From positions 4,480,408-4,544,407 of the forward strand of contig CAJFCJ010000006.1 in NCBI GenBank assembly GCA_904063045.1: 64,000 nucleotides of DNA, given 5' to 3'. The translations under genes were made by a program, and so were the position numbers. This document shows, piece after piece, positions 1 through 10,623 of this stretch (the stretch's first letter is position 1; every line of letters starts with the position of its first letter). Under the pieces are notes generated by a model, which saw only the letters and a program-made list of their open reading frames with translations, had not been told where the DNA came from and ran no database searches. Origin of the DNA: Dimorphilus gyrociliatus. Its lineage: Eukaryota; Animalia; Annelida.

Positions 1-1327
1 CGAACAGTTGATATGTTTGCTTTTTTCAAGGTAGTAATAAACTAAAAGTAACTTTCACTATTAAATTCATTCATTATTTGTTTAGCCTCTGAGTTGGCAA
101 GTCTGGCTGTCGGTTTATGCGTCGTTAATTCTTGTCTCGTTATGTTTATGGCTTTTTACTATCACGCACAAAGCGTCTTCTAACAATCCATTAAATCGTT
201 TATATAACTGTATATGGTACTGCTATGGTTGTATAACTCAGCAAGGAGCCGTCAGTGAAATAAAGAGTAGTTCTGGAAGATATATTGTTGGTACATGGTG
301 GATTTTTGTCTTGGTTATTGTTGCTACCTACACAGGAAATCTTATTGCGTTCCTTACTACAAATATCCCAAAATTACCTTTTTCAACACTCGAGCAGATG
401 GCGCAACAAAAGGAGTATGCCTACGGGTTACAAGATGGTATTGTCCAAATGATGCTATTTAAAGTAACACATTGTTTGTCATATTGTTTGCGCTATTCAT
501 AAGATTACTTTTTGTATTATTTAGACATCTTCAAATCCAACCTATAAAAGAGTCTGGGAAGGAATATCAAGTCATCGTGATGATGTTTTAGTTAAAGATA
601 CAACCGAAGGCCTCGTCAAGGCAAAAAACGAGAAATACATTTATATTGGCGAGAAGACGAATATAGAAGCAGAAATGGCTTCAGATTGTAATATAACTTT
701 ACTACCTGAAGAGTTTTTCAAGGTTGGTTTTGGATTTGCTCTTCAGGATGGGGATCCTTACGGAGAGGTTTTTAATAAGGAGTTCGTAAAATTTCGTCAT
801 TTTTCAATTAAAAGAGTAGCTTTTTCATAATTAATCTCTTTCTTTTTAGAATTATGAGTATACTTGAAGGTGGACTTATCCAGAGGTGGAAGAAGAAACA
901 CTGGCCTGCTGAACATTGTAAGGCAACTGTAAAAATAGCTCATGTAAATGTTATATCCTTCCGAGATTGTATAGGACAATTTGCTCTCTTAGCGGCAGGA
1001 ATAGGAGTGGCTACATTGATTTTAACAGCTGAATATCTTATACTTCACACTCAGAAACGTCGATTTTTAAAGAAGAAGAAGCGAAGAATTTCAGTTGCAT
1101 CCGTATCTAGAAGAGTTGGCAGTGTCCCACCATTTAAAATACCTCAAGCAGATAGACTAGAGGACGAAACACCTACAATGAATAAACTATCTGTAAATGA
1201 ATCAGACTCTGCAGTATATTCAGTTTCATCCACACCAAATTCATCCTGCGAAAATATAGATGTGATAACTGATGAGGCGAATGTTAACAATAGCAGAAAA
1301 CCTAGCGACACACTGAATGGAAGATGA
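1..1327 (+). CDS. Ionotropic glutamate receptor family protein (variant IR-like), 3' part; 5' end lies outside the window
   Basis: GT-AG exons about 1-30, 87-463, 525-781 and 850-1327 join in frame. They encode M1 (PLSWQVWLSVY), pore loop (YGCITQQG), M3 (ATYTGNLIAFLT, cf. SYTANLAAFLT), S2 lobe (GFGFALQDGDPY, EGGLIQRWKKKHW), M4 and a basic cytoplasmic tail. Confidence 0.9.
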
Positions 1328-1436
1328 CAAAGACAAATAACCCGGATTAATTATAAATTTATTATATTTCAATTTATTTTCTTGTCGGAAAATAATTTAT
1401 TATTCTTGCTAGGTAATAAAAGAACATTGTATTATT

Positions 1437-2979
1437 CTATATTAGGCTTAAACTGTGCACTGTCTCATAATATCCATCACTGTCGGTTGAAAATCGCTTT
1501 GACAACAATATCGAATCAACTTTCAAAGTACCGAACGGATAATCACCAAGTTTCGATAAGATATTACTGCAATTGAACGACTTTCTGGTACTATTAGTAG
1601 ATCGGAATAAGGAATTCATTAGTGTAACGTGCATTTTCACTCGGTCATATTGCTGCTTTATAAAGCGAGTAGAATTTAATCTGAAATATAAGATTCTATA
1701 ATGGTACAATTGAATTTACATCTTAACACTACCTGTCCATTAGAGCTTCAACAACCGCTTTTAATGCGTCACATTCGGTTACTTTAGCGTAAAGAACATC
1801 TACTTCATTCGTATCATCGTTCATTATTTCAAGACCTTCTATACAGGCTTCCATTCCATTTTGATCGGGTTTAGCCCTATTAATTATTTATTAAAATAAG
1901 ATAATAATAAAAAAAGAATGAATGAGAAATGATTAATTCAGTATATATGTAAATATAAATAAAAACCGAAGAAAGTTTGCTCTGAATTCATCGAGTACTT
2001 CCGTCAGTTCATCAATTTCTGTCTTATTTAAAAGTACTAGGACACCCAACGTAATATGCAGTTTATCCGGCGTTTGAAATAGACTTTCATCAATACAGTC
2101 CGACTGTAAATAATACAAGTTAAATATATGGAAACATTAAATAAATAGAGATTATCGTACTGTTCTCTTTGTTTCCAAAACAGAATTTTTAAACTTGTTA
2201 AAACTTGATTTAATATCATTATTCTTCGCAATTGACATTGAAAGAAAATGCGTAAATTGAAGTTTTTGTCTAGCATTATTAAGAATTAACTCTAATCGAG
2301 TTTTTGCTGAAATTACACCTCGTTTTTCAATTCCAGTAATTACTGAAAAGAATGAAGAATTAAATAAAAGACTTAAAGAACAATGAGTTTGTTAGATAAA
2401 TAATAATAATACAATAAGAGAGTTTATAGTGCGTTTGAGAATGTATTTTCTTTAAGAGTATATCTTTAGTATTGACTTTGATAACAAATCCAAGCTACAA
2501 AAGATATAGAGCACTCGTTCGGTACTTAGATTAAATAACTACTTGATAGAAATATAAAAAAAAGAGAATTGAAATCTATTTAATTCTTAAATTATCATTC
2601 TCTAGATTGATATGTCTTTAATTCTGTGTTAAAATAGTTGTTAACCGTGTATTTACTTACTAACTTGTCCATTTTGACCGATAGAGGGTACTGTCACTCG
2701 TGTATTTGTTTCTTTTTCAAGACGCTTTTTAGTTTCCCCCTTTTTACCTATAATAAACTTATAACAATCAATTGGAACATCTAAAGCTGTTTTAAATCCT
2801 TTTTCAGTCTTTTCAATTGTTATTGAATCAGCATCACAACATTCGTCCTCGTACACATTATTTTCTGACCATTTTCCCTGATAATCTTCATCTTCGTTGA
2901 AATTATTTGAAAATCCTGTTGGATTTAGGCGATAACACCTATTTTCAAGACGAATTATCTGAGGTTTTACAACATCCAT
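1437..2979 (-). CDS. ASCC1: Activating signal cointegrator 1 complex subunit 1 (KH domain + 2H phosphoesterase)
   Basis: N-terminus MDVVKPQIIRLENRCYRLNP resembles the ASCC1 N-terminus. KH motif IIGKKGETKKRLEKETNTRVTVP. Two HxT motifs (KLHITL, KMHVTL), GLEIMNDD..VDVLYAKV, and C-terminal LSKRFSTDSDGYY are spread over short-intron exons. Confidence 0.92.
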
Positions 2980-3204
2980 AGAGTAAACTCTCTTTATCGC
3001 TCAACCGATAAACAGTTACGCCCCCTATACGTGTATTTTTCGCTCAATTTGAATGGAAAAAGAGGGAAATTTTTGAAGATTATGAAGAAAGTAAAGAACG
3101 AATGGGAAATATATTTAAAAAGATATAACAAGAACATATTTATCTCTAAGTATAGATGTTTACTTCTCACTAATTTCTAATAGTAACAATCAAATATAAA
3201 AGTT

Positions 3205-5080
3205 TTACATTGAACTTTCTTTTTCTTCAACTGTATAAACAATATTACTTAAGCTTTTGTCAAGGGGTTTAGCACTGTCAGGATCAACATCTTCATCATT
3301 CTGTGTATGAGTCTCCAAATATCTTTTATGCATGTATTCTCCAATGTAATAACCAATTACACCAAGAATAAATATAACTAATTGAATGTAAATTTTGGTC
3401 GAAACGCAAATTAATGTTGTATAAACATATCCAATGACCATGCCAACAGCCTCCCAGAATCTATAAGTTGAAAAGGCTCCTTCAGGATTGTCACTGAACA
3501 TTATTCCGTACATTGCTGCATATATAAATTTTAATTAAAATCGTTATAGATATTATCTTATATATACAGTATATATATATATTCCTAACCATTCATTTGT
3601 GAAATGAAAATTCCATCACCTAAAGACCATAAAGATGGTATTATAAAAAATACTGCTCCCTTTGTAGAATCTGGCACCCACAATAGCAGAAAGGTTATAG
3701 TCGCTAGTCGTACAACGAAACCTAAACGTATTAAAATTCGGGAGACAAAAATTAAATGAGACGTTTAACGATATTGTTGCAGCTACAAACATGCTGTAAA
3801 GACATAAACTCGACCGACTTTTTCCATTATAAAACCACAAACTAGCGAAATAATACACGAAGTCATACCATAAGTCATAAGTGCATATCCCATAACCCCG
3901 CTCCCCAGCGAACAACCTATATACGCTAAAGTCAAGTCTGCCAGAGCAAAGCTTTGACTCATTCCTGAATAAATATTTAGGAACGTCATCGCTAATTGTC
4001 TAGCTCGTATGATTTGTTTAAACGTCACCGCAACACTAGTTTTTATATTGTCTAAAACACTTTTGCCATCGTCTTCAGCTATTTTATTTTCTTTATCAAC
4101 GAAGAATAGTATAAGCAAGCCAGCAAAAAGCGCTTCACAACTGTGAACGGTAACTAACACCATTATCTAGTAAAAAAGGATGATATTTATTTAAAAGGAA
4201 AAGGAAAAGTTAGTTACCTACTCTTCCGTGTGCAGGTCCATCTCCTGCAGCTGTTTCATTCACTGGTGCGGGACAAAAACCAGCACCACAATGAGGCAAG
4301 GGTCCTCGATATGGAGCAGCTGCTGTTGTTGTTTCAAATGGAGTCATTGTTGAATTTAATAAAGTTTCATTGAAGCTCATTGGTATTGTACCAGGAATAG
4401 TCTCAGCAGATGATCCGCCTCCGCCACTATTCATTATCACAGAAGTCAAGAAGCATCCAAACGATGTTCCTGAAACAGAGTATTAAAGAACGATAAGATA
4501 TCTTGTATCAGGATTAGTCGAGTAATTTTACGTCACTTTAATTCCTACCTAATAAAAGGAAACAAAAAAATACTCCAAAAAATAACGATATAACTTCATC
4601 GGCATTTTTTTTTGTGATCATCGAATACCTTAAACCTAGATCAGTAAAATAGGCAGCCTGCGCTGAAAAGACTGGTCCAAAGACCAAACCATTTATTATT
4701 GCAGCCGGTATAACAGTATAATATGCAACATGGTAGTTTGCAATCATCCATGTAGTAAAGCCAAAAAATCCAATTACCATAGTCATTTTACAACCTAAAA
4801 GCTTTATAAACAGAGGTGATAAAGCCAAACATCCTAATATTGATGTAGCAAAACTGACGCCTAATCCAATTGTTCCAACAGTTCCATTTATAGCGCTTTG
4901 AATGATACTTAGTCCAACGTAGCTCGTGAAAAGAAGAAAATAAGCTAGAGTGCAAACTACTGCATTTTTTATGATATTCTTTTTTTCATTCTTATCAAGT
5001 TTAGAGAATGAGTTTTCTTTCAGACCATTTTTAAGATCATTGTTACATTGATCGGTAAAAGTCTCCTCCGCACATGACAT
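3205..5080 (-). CDS. UNC93A: UNC-93-like MFS membrane protein
   Basis: About 4 exons (ORFs 4538-5080, 4210-4449, 3783-4163, 3205-3513) with many TM helices. UNC-93 motifs: FLLFTSYVGLSIIQSAIN, luminal HCGAGFCP, YSGMSQSF, AFSTYRFWEAVG. Confidence 0.88.
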
Positions 5081-6200
5081 CCCGTTAGCGAAAGTAGTTA
5101 AATCAGTGCGTAAAACGGTAAACAGACTTTAAATGACTGTTATTTACCGAGGTATTTTATCTATAAACCGATTAAGGACAGTGATAAGAATAAGAAAAAG
5201 TCCAGTTAAAAAATTAAAGTAGGCTGCTGAATCGCGGGTGATCTCTACTTATTTTGCGTAATATCTTAACTGATAGAAGTAGATTAAAACGGACATTATT
5301 AATATGTCAAGTATAAGATGAAGCGTAAGATAATCTAAGATCGAAGGCAAAATCATTGTAAATTATTAATTTATCAATTAATTTAATATTCTTTGATCCG
5401 TTTTAATTCTTTTTTATTATTACAAATATAGTAGCCAATTAAAATCAATAAAAAAATGTCAATCTTTCAGTGAAAGTTTCTTTTTTTCAAATAATGCGAT
5501 GATAAGAGAATTGAGGGAATGTTGCAGTTCTTCTTTCGTTTCCGGCTGGAGATGATGCATAGGCAGCACGTGTTTTTTTGTTGGGTTTTAAAAATTGATT
5601 TATGTTTTCATTATTTTGCGTTTTCTTTTCGGTATGCGAAAAAGATTTATATATACATATGCTTATACTGAATATATATATATATATATATGCGACTCCC
5701 TTAGCCCAATATTCTTTGGACAGCTGCAAAAGAGGAGAGAAGACGCAACCATATCAATATGTAGGCTAATTTCCAGTAGCCTACAATTCCGATTACGCAA
5801 CAAAATATTGATTAACGTTCTGCATTCATCTTGTATTCAAAAAGCTGCCATAAGAGGCATAGAAGTATATCAATAATTTTTCATTAAGGCTTGATGCTTA
5901 AATTCTGGTTTAATTTGATAAATGAGGAGAAAATATCCAAAACCGTTGTTCCCGCCGCCCCTTTAGCGCTTAACCGTATAACAACTATTACCGACGATAC
6001 ATCTACGCGTAAAATATGCTGGCTTTGTAAAAGAAATACTGTAAAAGTAGTTATATTAAGCGTATTTCAATATTAAAAACCAAGAAAATGTATTTTAAAA
6101 ATTTTCGCAAACTTCTAATGGCTAATATTGTGCAAAGTTTACGAAAGCCCACTGTGATCGGTGCGTATTAATCTCACTAGCCGGACTTTTTGTCTCCGAT

Positions 6201-6240
6201 CGGAAGTGTGTAAAATCACGTGACTTGTTACAGCCAATCA
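6201..6240 (+). promoter_or_regulatory. Promoter module upstream of SAP130: ETS (CGGAAGT), E-box TCACGTGAC, CCAAT box
   Basis: Motifs at 6201-6207, 6216-6224 and 6234-6240 in a GC-richer island just before the first SAP130 exons. Confidence 0.55.
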
Positions 6241-6758
6241 CGACCGCTTGTATGTTATGAGTGGAGCTGTGTGGTATAGTAAGAGAATTCTTTAAAGAAT
6301 CGTTGGAATACGTTTAATATTTTTATTGCGAATGTAAGTATAGGGAAATTGTGTCTCTATAGATTATCATGTGCGTCTATGAATATAATTGACTTTACTG
6401 TTTTTCTAATATCGGCCTTTAAAAGAGGCATTTCTCAGCTGTCTGGTACGAGACAGGTTACATGTTATACGAGCATATTCTTAGTTTATGTTAGCGTTTT
6501 TTTCGTGATAGATTTGCGATAAAGAACAAGAAGGTTTTGTACTATGGAATAGTGATAATAGATTAATTTTTGTTGTTTGCTTTGTGTCGAAATTTAGACG
6601 CGAAGTTTAGCGAGTTCACAGTGCTTCGCTGGGGGAAGCGCGGTGGGAATTCCTTTGACGTCATAGGCGATTCCGCATATTTTTAGACAGGCTATTTTTT
6701 GATATGATTGGTGTTTCCCCGATATAGGTGTGCATATATAGATATGTGTTTCTTTCAG

Positions 6759-9700
6759 GGCAACGCCTGAACATCCAACTCGATCGGACGACGAAGTTAG
6801 AATTCCGTCGAGTAAGACATTATACAACAGAGATGCGGAAAGAGATAAACTCCCCGGGTTTAGTCAACAGCTAAATTTCCAGGTTTCTTATTAAACTTTA
6901 TATTTATGCAATATTTTTCACTGATTTTAATAATTGCATAACAGAAAGGAATACAGAAGCCTATTGCTCCTGCAATCTCCTCCATTTTACCAGCAGGACA
7001 ATTAAACGCTGGAGTTGGTAAAACACTACGTAAGTAATTAAAAATCTGTCATCCTAAAGATTTGTTATTATACAAATCGGATGTTTTCCCGTTTGAAGGA
7101 TTACAAAGTTCTAATTATTCAGTGGAAAGTTCATCATTAACTGGTAATACATTAGCCATTCAAGCTGTAAATACTAATGTTGTAACCACAATTACTCCTC
7201 CTGCTGCTCATACTAATGTTAATTTAGTATCTCCGGGAACAACAATAGCCCATAATTTATCGGTAAGCTATAATACATAATACTATAATAAATAAACTAA
7301 TTTCATAATTAATTTGTAGGTTCCAATGGCTTCTATTATCCGACAACCAACAATTGCAACGCCTCCTGCAGCTCATCAGGGAGCGACCTATGTTCCTCAT
7401 GCGCAAAGTAGACGTAACTAGAAATAAAATTAGAATGATTTTAAATAATTTTTGTTTTTACTCTTTCTTACTAGTTCCCCTTTCAGGAAATACATCACAA
7501 AAAACACTTCGACAACAAACTGCTATAGTTCCAACTGTAACTAAACTACCGGGTCAGTCAGTAACTATTGCAGCTGGAAATGCCTTACACGGGGGGTAAA
7601 TATTAATTAACTGTTGGGTAAAAACAAAAGTTATTTACAATCACTATTTCAATGATTAAGGGGAACAACGGCCACTACTTCAACTAATAATAGTATAGGA
7701 ACTACCAACGTGCATATATCTATACAACAACCAACCAACTTGAAGACGTCGTCCATCCAGAGATTTCCTGCAACAGTGACGACGATAAATGCACCATCCG
7801 TTATTAATAAAAGTATGTACAATTTATTAATTTAAAAAAATTTTTTATTGGATAAAATTCTTAGTTTCTGTATCATCTCATCACATCATAAAAAAAGGAG
7901 TTATTTCAACAAATCCAGTCGGTACGAGTATAACAATTACACCCCCTTCACACCACTCTCAAATGTCAAATCCCAACCAATCTACCATTTCAACAATTAA
8001 TAAGAATGTTAAAGGTAGTAGATATATATATTACTATCTCAAATATAAAACTTCTTAAAATATCTTTCGCAATTACCAGGCTTTTCAGCCATACAAGTTG
8101 GCGTTGCTCAAAATAATCCAACAGCGATAACAACTAACGCATCTCAGGCAAAAGCAATCGGTTTGTCCTTACAATTTTTAAGAATTAAAAATTAAATTTT
8201 TATTAAATCAACAGCTAAGATCACACCCAATAGGCATTCTAATAATGAACATCAAACAAATTTACAACCTGGGTTGACCCAAATAAGATTGTCAGGAGAT
8301 TCTAAACTTGATGGGTAAGAAAAATAACGCTGATGCATTTATTTTTTATTAAACAATTTAAATTTTTTAGACATCCGATAACCTATTCCACGAGCTTTCA
8401 AAATGTAGTTACTTTACCGAACGCTCGCAGTTTTGGTAAATATTATAATCTTACAAATATTTTAGTGAAATGTTAATGAAAAGAAATGCAATTTAAAATT
8501 TCTACAGTAACAACGAACCAACAATTGACTCATCATCCAAATACACTGCAGTCTTCACCGAAACCTAGTATACTTACACGTAAAAGACCAGCACACGATA
8601 GGTTGTTATTTCTTATATATATATTGTAACAAAATCAAGATAATAAGGTTTATATCTGAATAGTCCATCTATGCAATCGGCCAAAAAGAACCTCCTTTCT
8701 TCCAATTTATCAACTACTCATTCGGAAGCAAATAATAATTTAGAGTCGAGGGTCGTCAGCTGCTCGCCCAAAATGCAAACCGCTTCCGCGGCTTATCTGT
8801 AAGTTTGAAGAGCTATTTCTGTTTAAATAACAAGTATTACAAATGTGATCTACTCCAGAGATCCGAATCGAGAAAACAGTCAATCGTCTACTGATACAGC
8901 TACATCAAATGAAAGTACGCCAAGTCAAATTGACTTGCAACGATTAAAAAGGGAGGCAGATGACGGTAATAATTCACCTACGTCAGAGTTATCACCTCGA
9001 AAGAGATCAAGAAAGCAGATATTGTATGAAATTTTGATTTATAAATAATTATTTAATTGCTTCTATTGAAAAGGTTTAATATTCTTAGCAATAGGGGAGA
9101 AATACCTGACCAGTTATCAACAGACGAAGAGTACGATACAATCAATGTGATAAAATTTAATTTACGGATTGAATTAGAAAAGATAAATGCACAAAGATTG
9201 GAGCAGCATCGACTGCATTTAGAACGACGGAAAGAAGAAAATTCAGCAGAAGGTTTGTTGAGTTTGGTGGAAAAAAATTTATTTCTGACATGTTTTCTTA
9301 TAAAAGATATGGAATTGAAAGCTAATTTGATAGAAATCGATGCTGTTTTGGCAAATGCTTACGTAGACGACAAAGTAACAGAAACCTTTGTTAAACAAGT
9401 TAAGGCTTCACTAGAGAAAGGTAGTATTGTGTTTCTCATGTATATGAGGTTAGGTAATATTAGTCTGCTTTCTTGTGTCAGAGAGTGAATTTGTTGATAA
9501 AGATGGATATCGGTGGACAACGGACAAAGAACGTTCAACTGTAAATTTGATGAACTTTTGCCAGTATGAATCAAAGGGCAGAACAAATCATTTTATGCGA
9601 CGAAGTGATGTCAAACCAAAAGATGAGAGACGACCTACAGTAAATGAATTGGCCAGTGCTAAAACTACCAATGTTCGAGCAACTGGTTGGAGATTTTATC

Positions 9701-10111
9701 ATATTGCTTCACAGTTTGAAGATATGGTAATTAGATAACAAATGTTATATCCATATTTCATATATAAAAACTGTTTTTTTCTTGCGACAGTCTGATTGTG
9801 AAAATGATCTTATCCCACGCCTTGCTTTACTGGATAAAAAATTGCTAACGATGCATAACACGGAGAGAAGTAGTGAAGAAGATACGGCTGTGTTAGCTGA
9901 TATTGTAAAAGTTAGTAAATATAAAATTATAAAGGGAAATACTAATTTAGAATGATTATAGGGAAATATGCAGCGGATACGTTTAATTGTTGACCAAATG
10001 AAAGACACTAAAAGTGCTTTGTTAAAAATACGTGATCAACACCATAACAAAGTTCGTGAACTAATTGATAAGAATCATAGTAAAAGGCCAGTAAAGAAGA
10101 AAGATCGGTGA
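6759..10111 (+). CDS. SAP130: Sin3A-associated protein 130 (HDAC complex subunit); start codon not resolved
   Basis: Many small S/T/P-rich exons (KPIAPA), then SPRKRSRKQ, then the SAP130 C-terminal domain (TNHFMRRSDVKPKDERRPTVNELAS..RATGWRFYHIASQF; GNMQRIRLIVDQMKDTKSALLKI). Stop TGA at 10109-10111. Confidence 0.85.
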
Positions 10112-10291
10112 TGAAGATGAAAACGTGTTAAACTGTTTGTTTCGAATAATTCGTATAAATTATATGAAAAGGTGCCATAAACCGGCACAAACTGTGTGAA
10201 TAATGTACAAAAGAAATGTAAATGTTAGATTTCTTTTTCGTTTTTTGTAAAGTAGATTGTAAAGTTGTCGTATAGGAAAAGAATACACGAA

Positions 10292-10386
10292 AAAATGGCG
10301 GGAAAAGAGAAAAACCGGTTAAAACCGTTTAGGTTTCCCATATATGTATGACGTAGTGCATGAATTAGCCGCGTGATCACGTGATC
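10292..10386 (+). promoter_or_regulatory. Likely beta-arrestin promoter: YY1/E2F-like AAAATGGCGGGAAA and palindromic E-box GATCACGTGATC
   Basis: Motifs at 10292-10305 and 10375-10386, between the SAP130 stop and the arrestin ATG at 10624. Confidence 0.5.
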
Positions 10387-10623
10387 TGTTCTGTACAATA
10401 CGAGTGTTTCCTTGATTTTCGGGCGTTTAAGAGAGATCGTAGAGGAACTAAAGCTACCAGCTCCTGTTAGATCAGTCACTTGCTTAGAATATAGCAACGA
10501 AATGCTATATAGTTAACAACCTACGCTAATTGTCGGTAAGATGCGCAACATTTCGTGTACGAATGTTAATGCAGCGTATAAATCAATCGACCGCTCGCAG
10601 ATAAAACACAGAATCAAGAGAGA

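Noticed and set aside
2980-3204. 225-bp gap between co-directional UNC93A and ASCC1, suggesting an operon or trans-splicing
   Set aside because: No spliced-leader evidence is visible from DNA, and a short promoter fits equally well in a compact genome.
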